A DNA stretch of 54,189 nucleotides, filler included, from Catajapyx aquilonaris (Eukaryota): the NCBI GenBank assembly GCA_000934665.2. It is 3 parts of 3 records of this genome, joined end to end, with 100 filler letters (N's around TTAATTAATTAA, not from the genome) between each part and the next. Parts side by side here need not be neighbours in the genome. Positions count along the whole stretch, not along the records: positions 36,225 to 54,189 come from JYFJ02006814.1; 2 more parts are not named here. One strand, written 5' to 3'. Shown piece by piece: positions 36,225 to 48,600 of this stretch; position 1 is the first letter of the stretch; every line of letters begins with the position of its first letter. The notes under the pieces were generated by a model. It ran no database searches and had not been told where the DNA came from. It saw only the letters and a list, made by a program, of their open reading frames with translations. Both the position numbers and the translations under genes were made by a program.

Positions 36225-38103
36225 GTGCGCACTGCCCCCTGAGGTCTTGTCTTCCCAGGATCTCCCTCACCAGGAGAGCCACTGCCTCCTCCTCTTCCCG
36301 ATGCTCTTCCCTCAGGACCACGCTGCTCTTCATTCCCCCCAAACCAAGGTTGATCAGGACTAGCCCCACAAACACGCGTGCAGTCGCCCCCATGTTGTGT
36401 CTCATACTAAACCTTTCTGTGCCCCAACTATCATGAAATCCACGTCGCACTGCAAATTACAGTACATTACAGGTACGTGTGGAAACATGCCTGAGAGGTA
36501 CTTGGAACACGATAATTGGCATATACTGTGGTCGGAGATTGCGCCATTTTCAGTAAGGACACGCAGTGCCTAAGAGGTGTAGTTGTAGTAGAGCATACCT
36601 GAAATACCGAAATTGGCATATCTCGTATTGTGGCCACAGATTCCGTAATGGATATTGTGAATAATTCAATTCATAACACGTAGTGGATTGCGACACAAAG
36701 AGACCTCCTGTGGTAATATGAAATTATTACAAAGGATTCCTACTTTCAGAATTTCGACATCTGATATTTGCAAAGCCAACCAAATACACGTATGAAAAAT
36801 TTATTTTAGGTTCCCTTTTACAACGTACCGTATAGCAGAAACCATTTAAGCACGTACAAGGCAAAGCCAAATAATTAGCAACAGACCCTTTTTGTGCAAG
36901 GTCAAAGTCTTGTGGTTTTAACATTTGGACATTTACAATGATAGAAATGTTCCAACTCTGATCTGTTCCATCTCTGCCTCTGTCCATGTCCAACGGAGGA
37001 ATGCTGGAACCTGGAATGTGTTGAGTGTCCAGGAACTGAAGGACTATCTACAGAAAGCTTGTTCCTGACAGACTATGACGACGAAGAAGTGTCATTTGAT
37101 GAGTGGGAGCATAATGACCTAATGTCCTAATCAATAGAACTTCATCAGTTGGTTCTTTTGTAGACAATGAACTTGTCCACTGGACTAAGAGAGGAATAAC
37201 TCACGAACATGTATAGCCTACACGTACGATTCAGCGAGAGGTTGTACTGAAAGTCTATATGTTTCATTTGCCCACAAAAATTTGTTTGCAAAGGAAAAAA
37301 ATTGCGAAAATGTCGTAAAACAGCATTTTCGCAAATTTTTTCCGCGGTTGCTAATTATACATTCGCAATTATTTTATATCGAAAATCCAGACCTACGTAG
37401 GCAGTTGCTCCATTCCAAATTTGGGTTTTGTGTAACGTACGATATGGTACACGCGTCCAAAGTTGAGAAAAAATTAACTTCGAGAAATATCAGATTTGGT
37501 ACCCCTGCGGTTATGATTTTTTTCAGGGCAAATAAAAAATGACACTGAAAAATATCCAGTGTCATTCGTCATCACTTCGAGAGCGGTACTTCGTGTAATT
37601 TATTCGTAATAATCGGAGACCAAGCCCTGACAGCCTCTGCCTGATTTGAAATGGAACCACCCAGCAGCGTATTGGACATGCAAATATTCCCTAAGGCACA
37701 TCTGAATGTAAGACTCGTGGGAAAATGTCATGGTAGAGCAGTTTTACTCTTTTTATGACATTTACGTCATTACATTTTCTGCTCTAAATAAAATGTATGA
37801 TTTGATCCATGTATATTTGGCAGTACTTACCACAAATTGCAATCTACACAAGTTTGCAAATAGCATTTCCAACTGAACTAATTACAAATGTGATTAATCT
37901 TTACTTATTATATTTCTGGTTTGGTTCACCACAAAGTGAACAGAAAAGGACGCCATCTTTAGGGGAAAAGATGTTATCAGCAAACTTGGTACTAGTTTTT
38001 TTTTGCAGTCACAACTTATGAGTCACGAAGTAGTTTCCTTCAGGAAAACAGGCTTTTATAGCAGTAGCATTGAGTATTCTCTGGCCAGTTGATACAGGAA
38101 AAG

Positions 38104-40942
38104 ATGCTGCTCCTTCGAATCAGTGTTCTGCACATGTTTTACATCGCAGGTACGTTTGTAAGCTATACATTTTGATCGAAATTAATATTGAAAAAATTAC
38201 TGTTTTTTTTCCAGCGGCATGTCCTATGGGATGGATCAGTAATGGAAATGACTGTTATTACATATCGGATTACAAGGAGACATGGTACATGGCAAGGAAA
38301 GCGTGCGAGAGAGTTGGAAGTGACATGGCCAGCTTTCGTAATTTGGAGGAACAAAATGTGATATCAAGTAAGAAAAATTGACACACCCAAAATGTCATCA
38401 GCTGGGTATAGTATAAAAGGGAAAAGTTTGTTCGTTTGTTAATAAGCCATTTTCTACAGTATATGATGAGTTAATTGCTGTAATAATTAATACTCAGAAA
38501 AGCTTCATGGAGAGTTGTGGACTGGTCTAAACAGCCATGCAAGAGTAGGCGTCTGGGTTTGGAGCGACGGAAGCGACGCCGGGTTTCTGCCCTGGGGAGA
38601 AGGTGAACCGAACTTGTTGGACACCGAAAGATGCGCAGAAATCACAGCCGTTGGTGAAGGTGACAGTGTGAGAGCAGCACTCAACAATCTTCCTTGCACT
38701 GCGACCAGGAACTTCGCCTGCATGATGCCTTCTCGTACGACATAAATATACACTTTGTAGTTGTATAAGTGCAATTATTTTTGAAGCTGAATTTTTTAAA
38801 AAAAAGTTTCATGTATGGAAGGATGGAATCAGAGACGAGGGTTTTGCTACTACGAATCTGACTTTAGAGACACTTGGTTGAACAGCCGGATATTCTGCAG
38901 AAGAATGCATAGGACAGCAGATCTCATAAGCATTCACTCAGAAGATGACGTCTCATACTTCACAGGTGTGTGGACTTATTAAATATTATTTTAATTGCCA
39001 AATTTTTTAGCGAAATTACATAATTCGTTATGGATCGGTCTTCGTCGCAAATCAATCGACTGGACATGGTCGGACGAAAGTGGATTGGATTTTACTAATT
39101 GGGGTCCAGCCGAACCGAGTACTGAAGATGACGAAAAGTGTGTCGAGATGTTTCACAACAACAACTGGAATAACCTAAACTGCGATCGGAAACGACATTT
39201 TGTGTGCAAACTCACACGAGCTCCAGGTATTATATTTAGTCAGCATACAAAATATAATATTAGATATCAATAATATTCTGACAACCCCACAGATCCAGAT
39301 AGTCTAGCACCCAGANAGATCCAGATAGTCTAGCACCCAGAGTCGGGATCAATTTGCAATGTCCACCACTATCATCTGATCCAAATATCAAGACAGTTTG
39401 CTTCACACCTGCTCCTGAAACTGAAGTGTCATGCCATCAACCAATGAACATTGGAATCCGGGCCATCAACCGCTGCCCGGATCTGTACTCTCCGGATGAC
39501 CCTTCACTGTCCAGAATAGAGTGCAGCTCCTCAGGAAGCTGGGCACCACCTGGACAATTCAAGTGCTCACCAGGTTGGTATAGTCTTCGATATTAAATTG
39601 TAGCCGTACTTTCCAGTGATTATCTTGCAGAGTGTGGGGTTGCATCAACAGCAGCTGATCAGACCAGGTACATAACAGGTGGAAGACCAGCAGTGGCTGG
39701 ACACTGGCCATGGCACGCTGCATTGTACGAAAGAAAAGGTGATGACTGGAAGTACTACTGCGGAGGGACACTAATATCCGAAAGAGCCATCTTGACAGGT
39801 AAAGGGAGCTAAACCCATGATTTCAATCGCGGGTGATCTTTACTACGCAACGAAAGTGTGCGTCCGAATGCATCTCGCCGTGGAAAAGCCACAATAACGT
39901 TAGACCGAACGTTATTGTGGCTTTGCCACTTCGCCGCGTAGTAAAGATCTTCCGATTTTCAGTTGGTAAAACGATGGCTTGTAATTTCCAGCTGCCCACT
40001 GCGCTGTTGTAGGAAGGACTGTTGAACCTCGAAGGACCGAAAGTGTGATGGTCGCTCTCGGAAAGTATTACAGGAAATCGGACGTTGTCGAAAATACAGT
40101 ACAGTTTATGGAGGTGCGATAAGCCATATTGTGCCTTATCCTAACGTAGCCTCTATAAGAAGAGGCTACCTTTTTCCTCGCGAGTCTCTTGGAGGCTAAT
40201 TTTAGCTTCAGATCTGCTACCTTACTCCTCTTTTTAAAAAAGTGATTATACCACCGCTTTTCAGGTGGAAAGAATCGTGGTGTACGAGTCGTACAACCCA
40301 GCCAATTTGGACTCAGACATTGCTATAGTGGTTATGAAGAAAATGGCACGAATTACTCCAAGTGTACGTCCAGCTTGTTATCCGCATGAAAGAGGAACTA
40401 GAGAAGAGGAAGAAGTGCTTCAACCTGGATCTCTAGGAGTGGTCAGTTTGTTAGAGGATATTTTCACAACATTTATTTATTTTTATACATATTTTAATAT
40501 TTTAGCTGGTAGGATGGGGCAAAAAGGAAGATGGCGAATTGGCAGACGAATTGCAAATGGCAAGACTGCCGTACGTTCATGCCAAGCAATGTTTGGAGGC
40601 ACTTGCAGGTGCTTGGAGTTCGTACGTGCGAGAATCAAACTTTTGCGTCGGTTTTGGAAATGGTAATTGCACATTTTGTGTGAAAGTATAAATTCAAATT
40701 ATTTATTAAACTTTTTCTGTGCAGGAACCAACTCCTGTAGTGGAGACAGTGGAAGTGGGATGGTGTTTCCAGTTGGTACAGGCAAAAACCGTCGTTACTA
40801 CCTCTTCGGACTGTCCAGCTTCGGACTGAAAGAATCTCTGTACGATCCTTGCGATCCGACAAAATTCACTTTTTTCACTAGAGTCAGCGTGTTTTCACAT
40901 TGGATCGTTCGAACTCTGGACTCAATCACAAACAAGAAATAA
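38104..40942 (+). CDS. Modular serine protease 1: signal, 2 C-type lectin domains, Wonton/sushi-like domain, protease (multi-exon)
   Basis: Signal exon 38104-38149 (MLLLRISVLHMFYIA). CTL motifs WTGLN..EPN and WIGLR..EPS..WNN. 6-Cys CPPL..C..C..C..C..GSW..C domain. Activation site QTRY|ITGG; catalytic motifs AAHC, DIAIV and GDSGSG. Confidence 0.92.
39835..39949. mobile_element. Short foldback MITE in an intron (same family as 47802-48036)
   Basis: GATCTTTACTACGC ... GCGTAGTAAAGATC termini with an internal AAAGCCACAATAACGTT / AACGTTATTGTGGCTTT hairpin. Confidence 0.8.
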
Positions 40943-41776
40943 ATTTTTACGAAAAAAATGTGTCATTTGCAAGTGTTTAAAAAAATCGATATGTACTTTA
41001 AAATATTTACAGTATACCATTTTAAAATATTGGTCATGCCAAAGTGCAGGTCGATTTTTGATGAGAATTTAATGAAATATGCATTAAATTTTCTTGTAGG
41101 CCTAATTATTCCAATTTTTTATCTCTCATAATAATTATTATCAGGCTTGTGCTACAAACTTCCTGTTACTCTAAGTACTTGCGGTTATAAACTTTGTTAT
41201 ATCATAAGTGGATGTGGTCTACACTTATGATTCAAATGGTGTATACCACATTGTACACTCATGTTACAATAATAATTACCATGGTCTCATATGTGGAACA
41301 TAATCGTGTGACGATTGACATTTTTATGAACTTGTTACAAATATGACCAAACAGGATGGTTGGTGTGAACTTCTTGCGCTAAAAATAATTTACGATAAAA
41401 GTGACTAATTGCAGCCCAGCTGACGTCAGTAAATAGTCATCATGGTCATTATAATTTCTAACTAATTTTTAATGCGAAAATCAAGGCCAGAATGAGAATT
41501 AAGTGGAAGGGTTGGAAATAATAAGCTAAGTTTTATTCTCATTGTTGACAGTGTTTAAACCAGGCCTCTTGTTCAGACCTAAGAAAAAACCTAGCAATAA
41601 ATTACAGGTTGTCCACAGCGCAGTAAAAATTGTTCTGCGAAATATTACGCAACAAAAATAGCGTACCAATGAACCATCTGTGCACAAAAAAAAATTGAAG
41701 AAAAGGAAAACCGGATTTCTAGTGTGCTTAATGAGGCCGTCAGTTGAAGAAGTGACTTGTTGGGAGAGGAAGCACA

Positions 41777-44700
41777 ATGCTGTGTCTGCTGATTCTACTT
41801 ACTCTTTACGCACAAGGTAATGTTTTTTTCGTAATGAATTGTGTACATATATAGGTGGGTACATACGCTAATTATTGTTTGTAGGCGTTGATTCCACTAC
41901 TGGATGTCCTAAAGGATGGATGCAGCATAGACACTTGTGTTTTTACACCTCGACATACAAGGATACTTGGGAAAACGCGAAACAGGCGTGCAGGAATGCT
42001 GATTCTCGAGCGGACCTTGCAAGTTTTCACAACGAACAGGAACATAGCCTTTTGACAAGTAAGTTAAGATGAGTTATTTTTAAAAATATGTCAAAGTCAG
42101 TTCTAAGGCAATAGGATTCATCTTTGTTCCTCAGCAAAAATGTTTTGGGATCTGTGGATTGGATTGAACAATTTTGATAACAAGGACGTGTGGGTTTGGA
42201 CTGATGGAACCGATACTTCCAATCTTCTTTGGGACAAAGACGAACCGAACAAACTGGAGGAAGAAAGATGTGGAGAGGTTGTGATCAGAGTTGTGGATGA
42301 AGAAAAGGACAGAGGAACGCTAAACAATTTGGCCTGCAGTATCAAGCTCAACTTTGCTTGCATGATGAGAACAGGTGTGAATAATTACATTCCTAATATA
42401 TTAACGAATTCTGTTTAACTTAAAGCCCACTTTTCAGGTACGTGCTTGGAAGGTTGGATGAAAAGATTCGGCGCTTGTTATTACATTTCTGATCATAAGG
42501 ACACTTGGGAAAACAGCAGGAAATTCTGCAGGAACCTTCATCCATCGTCAGATCTTATGAGTGTTCATAGTCAAGAAGAAATTGATTTTTTGCTTGGTAA
42601 CTACTTTTTGCGGCTAGGGCGTCTTTTACGCATAAATAATTATTGCGTACTTGTACAGAGAGGATGCACTGGCGAGCCTGGATGGGACTGCGGTTATCCG
42701 GTGGACAGTGGACATGGACTGACCAAAGTCCAGTGGACTATGTCCATTGGAAAGAAGGAGAACCGAATTTACTGGAGTACGAACATTGTGGCGAAATATT
42801 TCATGACAATAGCTGGAACAATGCTAAATGCCATCATAAGAAACAATTCTTCTGCAAAATCGACCTTCAACGTAAGTTACATTGTTAGTTGAAGAGTTAC
42901 AGTACTAACTAGTAAACTTTACAGCCCCAGTAACAACCGGCAAGAAATGCCCTCCAATAACCCCTGACCCGACCTTCACATCAAAGTGCTTCACACCTTA
43001 CCCGGAACAACAGGTTCCGTGTGACCAGCCGGTTAATACTGGAGTTAGGGCTATTCACCAATGCACAGACGTATTGTACGCACCAACAGAAGAATCGTCC
43101 AATAGACAACAATGCACCAATGACGGAACTTGGTCTGGAAACTTCAAGTGCACCCCAGGTTAGTTAACCTAATCTAACGTAATGTAGCGAAAAGCAACGC
43201 AAGGCAAGGCAACGCAACCTAACCCAGCGTAGCAAAACGCAACGCAATGTAACCCAACGAAACGTAGTGAAACGCAACGCAACGAAACGTAGCGTAGCAA
43301 AACGCAACGTAACCCAACGAAACGTAGTGAAACGCAACGCAACGTAAGCTAACGTAGCGTAGCAAAACGAAACGTAACCCAACGAAACGTAGGGAAACGC
43401 AACGCAACGTAACCTAACGTAACGTAGCGTAGCAAAACGAAACGTAACCCAACGAAACGTAGTGAAACGCAACGTAACCTAACGTAACGTAGCATAGCAA
43501 AACGCAACGCAACGTAACCCAACGAAACGTAGTGAAACGCAACGCAACGTAAGCTAACGTAACGTAGCGTAGCAAAACGAAACGTAGTGAAACGCGACGA
43601 AACGTAACCTAACGTAACGTAGCGTAACCTACCAGTTAGTTCTTAACGCCCGATTAAACTGTAGTTAAGGATTCTTCTTACAGAGTGTGGAGTGCCGTCT
43701 TCAATTTCTGGCCAAACCAACTTCATAGTCGGAGGAAAACCGGCCAGTTCCGGTCAGTGGCCATGGCACGCGGCCATGTACGAAAAGAAACGTGGAGACT
43801 GGTCTTATTTCTGCGGAGGATCGCTCATTTCCAACACAGTCATCTTGACAGGTGAGCATCATAGCCTTTGTTTGTCCGATCAGGTAGTACCACTACCTCT
43901 CGCATGACCTCAGTGGCAGCAGTATTCAGAGAGAGATGTTGCGCCATCTATCGGCGAGTTATGGTACCACATGGACAGTCTCGGGCCCTGTTCACTCTAG
44001 TAAGAGTTGATTGGACGTTATATTAGTTTTTAAAACTATTTCAGCTGCCCATTGCGCTGTGAAGGGTCGAGGTGTGGAGCCCAGGCCATCTCAAGACGTC
44101 ATGGTTGGATTAGGAAAGCATTTTAGGGAGTATAATGCTGATGGCTCATCCGCTCAGCTTATTCAGGTTCGCTTTTAAGTTTTAAGTCATAATTGCGGTG
44201 TATTAAACATGCATAAAACAGGTGGAGCGAATTGTGGTGTACGAATACTACAATCCTACAAGTTTCGATTCGGACATTGCCATTTTGATATTGAAGCAGC
44301 CTGCACAGATCACACCTGGAGTACGCCCAGTTTGTTTTCCTTTGGGAAGAGGAACCAGCCAGGAGGAACAGGCATTGAAACCTGATTCAATTGGAGTGGT
44401 CAGTACAGTTGTATGACCTCTCAGAGAGCAATGACGATGACACTTTGTTCATTTCAGCTGGTAGGATGGGGCAAGACTGAGAGCGGAGAATTGGCAAACG
44501 AATTGCAAATGGCACAGCTTCCATATGTGCATCCTCAGGAGTGCTTGAATTCGTTGGAAGGAGTGCACAAGACGTATGTTAGAGAATCTAACTTCTGCGT
44601 CGGATACAAAAATGGTAATGTACTCTATGGGTTTTTAAAAATGTTTCGGACTAACATTTATTGTGTTGTGTTTACAGGAACTCGCACAAATTCGTGCACT

Positions 44701-44892
44701 GGTGACAGCGGAAGTGGAATGGTGTTTCCGGTTGGATCCGGATCTAAGAAGCGCTACTATCTGTACGGAATCACAAGTTTTGGTCTCAAGAAAAGTCTGT
44801 ACGATCCTTGCGATCCAACAATGTTCACATTCTTTACACGTGTTAGCGTCTTCTCTCACTGGATTGTCAGAATGATCAGCAATATAAATTAA
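41777..44892 (+). CDS. Modular serine protease 2: signal, 2 CTL, Wonton/sushi-like domain, protease
   Basis: Signal exon 41777-41816 (MLCLLILLTLYAQ). Two EPN-type CTLs. CPPITPDP... 6-Cys domain at about 42947-43158. QTNF|IVGG; AAHC, DIAIL and GDSGSG. Confidence 0.93.
43166..43634. repeat. Pentamer-based (AACGT/AACGC/AGCGT/AACCT) satellite with higher-order units, intronic
   Basis: Directly visible; flanked by GTTAGTT at 43159-43165 and 43635-43641. Confidence 0.93.
43883..43985 (-). repeat. About 100 bp dispersed repeat with AGATGGCGCA core
   Basis: The reverse complement aligns by eye with 50577-50680 (TGTCCA..CATAA..AGATGGCGCA..CTCTCTGAA..CCACT..GGTACTAC). A partial third copy lies at about 50075-50130. 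Confidence 0.6.
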
Positions 44893-45697
44893 TTTTTTCC
44901 CACCAATTGTCGTTACCTAAATAAATTAAATCGTTACGATTTCAGTTGCCAGAAACTTTACGTCTCCGATAGTACTGGTATTGCAGGTAAGTGTAAATAT
45001 TTGTGAATAATAATAATAATTATTATTACAATGGTACTGCGTGCATTGCATGTCAAACAGGACGTTCACCTCCGCTCAATTTTTGCATGACAAAGTACAA
45101 TCCACGCTAGAATAAATTATTGCCATTTATCATACGGAGGCGCATCTTCACTTTTATCACCTTGCAATTAAATAATGTTGACCAAAGAAAAACATGTTTT
45201 TATCCTGTGTTATATAACTTGGCATTGAATCTTTCTTTCTTATCAGGGATTTTTTTTCGTCAAATAATTTGCATTAAATGTGAGGATTGATTGATTTTTT
45301 TATTAGCCGTCACGTGAATTCGTCATTTTTCTGGCTACAACGTCACGCGGTATTGTACAGTATATTTTTATTGATATTTCTTTTCCCAAGTAACCGTGCA
45401 CTGTTGTAATCAGCAGTTCATATCACGTAGGGCTCCCCACAACATTAATTTCCTCGAACCACGATCCGATACTGGTTTGGCAAATGACGTATATGACGCT
45501 CTAGGGAATGGTTGATTTTTTTTTTTTTGCACGAGGAAACGGCGAAGAGACCTTGAGACGAACCAAGAGCCGGCAAAAAGGTGGTCAGGTAGTTTTCCCC
45601 AGCTAAATACTTACAATCAGTAGTGCGTACAAGACTGAGACAATCATCGTCTAACATAAACATCAAAAGCCTGGAGGCTGTTAGTTAATTACTCCAC

Positions 45698-48600
45698 ATG
45701 GCAGTCTCATTAATATGCATATCAGCCGTTGTTTTGGGAGCAATGTGCATTGCAGGTAAGCACAAAAATTATTCACTTTTCAATACCTGTAGTAAGTACA
45801 ACCTTGGTTTGTTTACGAGAGGATCTTTGTAGACTTATAATACGGTTATAAATTAATGAGGATTTTGCAAAAATATTAAATGGTCTTACATGACAAGCAA
45901 ACCTTGGTTGGTTGCAATACTGAAATGTCCTTCAAAAGTTCAGCAACGTTCAACAACCTCATGTGATGCGGATGTGGCTATTTTTTATGTACAGTATATT
46001 GAGAAGCAAGCACGTCAAGTACTGTACGTGCTTTACTGTGTAGTAAAATTGAATGCTTGTTTGTATTAAAAAATCAGCTTGTAAACTGTTGATTTGCATT
46101 ATTTTGGCCTTAAAAAAGCTAATGATTAATAAGCAATATTTTTTTGCTTAGCATGTACGCAAGTACTGTCTTTGATTTTACTTGGTCTTTTTCACTTGTA
46201 TGCCGACGATACATTTGTACAAAATGAACTATTAAAATACGTCGATTTCTTTTTGCACAGGTGCCCAGGAATGTCCGCCACACTGGAAAAAATATGGCGA
46301 TGCTTGCTACCACACATTTGATTACAGAGACACATGGGACAATGCACAAAGAACATGCAAAAGCATAGATCCTCGAGCAGATCTGGCCAGTGTTCATAGC
46401 ACAGAAGAACAAGAAGTGCTCACCAGTAAGAGACATTTTCCATCACAGAAATACACACGGTATTAAACTGACAAAATTTTTCAGAGTTGATGTTTTGGCA
46501 GTTGTGGATCGGTCTGAACGATTTTGAGGAAGAAAACGTGTGGAAATGGAACGATGGTACTGAAGGAGGTGTTTTGAACTGGAAGGAAGGAGAACCCAAT
46601 CTGCTGGGGGAAGAAAAATGTGGAGAACTGGTTCTGGGATATGTGGATTGGAAAACCGAAACTGTGACTTTGAACAACAACAATTGCGCCAGTTGGAAAA
46701 ACTTTGCATGCAAATTGGAGTCGCGTAAGTTTGATTATCTCTTCTGTTGATAACCTATGGAATAAAATGAACATGTTACACACCACAGTGAATTGCCCCG
46801 AGGGTTGGGAATTCCGACAAGGCTACTGCTACTTCTTATCTGACTTCAAGAAAAGCTGGGACGACAGCAGGAAGTATTGCAAATCTGTGGACCCGAAGGC
46901 CGATTTGGTCAGCCTCAGAAACGAAGCAGAAGCGACGTTCCTCAGAGGTAAGATCAGATTCACATTTTTAAAATGGTTATGATATTATTGACATGTACTG
47001 TTGCAGACAAAATGCATTGGCAAACGTGGATTGGAGGGTACCTTCCGACCAACGAAGCCAACTGGCAATGGAGTGATAAAAGTTACTTCAACTACCAGGC
47101 ATGGGACAAAGACGAGCCAAACAAGCTGGAGCAAGAGAGATGTGTAGAGCTGATCATCTCAAACAAATGGAACAACTTAGATTGCAGCTGGGAAAGACAT
47201 TTCACATGCAAAATCAGCCTGAGACGTATATAACACACTTTAAACCGCATTATAGGCTGTTTTATAATTAGTACGTATTTTTAATTGTCAGAAAATCCGT
47301 GTCCTAATTACGAGGGATGGCAGTTACATGGCGACACATGCTACTTCCAGTCAAGGTACAAGACAGATTGGAGTTCTGCTCGAAGAGAATGCAAAGACAT
47401 GGATCCAAGAGCTGATCTTGCAAGTGTTCTATCAGCTGAGGAACACACTGTTCTCACCAGTAGGTTGATGTAATTTATTCCCCTGTTGGCTTTCTCAATA
47501 ATCTTGATAATTAATAATTTTCAGGAACAATGCACTGGGAGTTGTGGATCGGTTTGAACGCAAAGATCTCTGAGGATCAGTACATCTGGAGCGACGGAAC
47601 ACCAGTTGACTACTTGGTATGGCGAGAAGGCGAACCAAATATGCTGAGCGACGAACGTTGCGTCGAAATGATCGTTTCGCCCGTTAAACTAAGCGACGGA
47701 AACGACACCGCGACCTGGAACAACAACAACTGCAACGTCAAACGACATTTTGCGTGCAAACTTAGAGCGGGTATGAATTTGTTGGTGCTTTATCCGCGGT
47801 TGATCTTTACTACGCGACGAAATGGCTGGAGTCTGGACGTCAACGAACGTTATTGTGGCTTTTCCACGGCGCGATGCATGCGGACGAGGGTTTCCGCTTC
47901 GGCGCTGCTGTAGTGCCACACTACAGCAGCGCCGAAGCGGCAACCCCTCGCGGGAGAGCGCGTCCGAATGCATCGCACCGTGGAAAAGCCACAATAACGT
48001 TCGTTGACGTCCAGACTCCAGCCATTTCGTCGCGTACAATTTTTTCTCATAACGTGTTCAATTTTTCAGCCATTTGTCCCAACAGATGGGACAGTTTTAA
48101 CGGGTTTTGTTACTTCGTGTCCAACTACAAGGAGACGTGGGATCAAGCCCAGTCTGCTTGCAAGTCTCTGCACAAAAATGCGGATATGGCCAGTATTCAT
48201 AGCAAGGAGGAATTTCAGTACTTTTTAAGTACGGCCCTGTTGTTACTGTACTTACTCGATGGATTTATTTTTTTGAATAATTTTTTGGGATTGTAATTAC
48301 CAGGCAGGATGTTTACAAGAGCTTGGATTGGATTGAATTCCATATCTGAAACGAACAACTGGCAGTGGAGCGACAGAAGCCCTGTGACTTACACATTCTG
48401 GAGGAAAGACGAGCCCAACAGTGTGAACACCGAGAGATGCACCGAGGTTCTGTGGGCCGATAACTGGAACAACAATGCATGCAGCGAACGATACAACTTC
48501 TTCTGCAAACTCAACATCAAAGGTAATATCCATTCGACTGCATTGTTGAAAAAAGGGTGGCTTATATACCCTATTGGCGTTTCAGAGACGACCGCACCAT

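Noticed and set aside
39291..39341. 25 bp duplication around an N that seems to disrupt protease 1
   Set aside because: Identical sequence on both sides of a single N indicates an unmerged contig overlap, not a pseudogenising mutation.
43164..43472. Arg/Phe/Val-rich repeat ORFs
   Set aside because: Translations of the intronic pentamer satellite.
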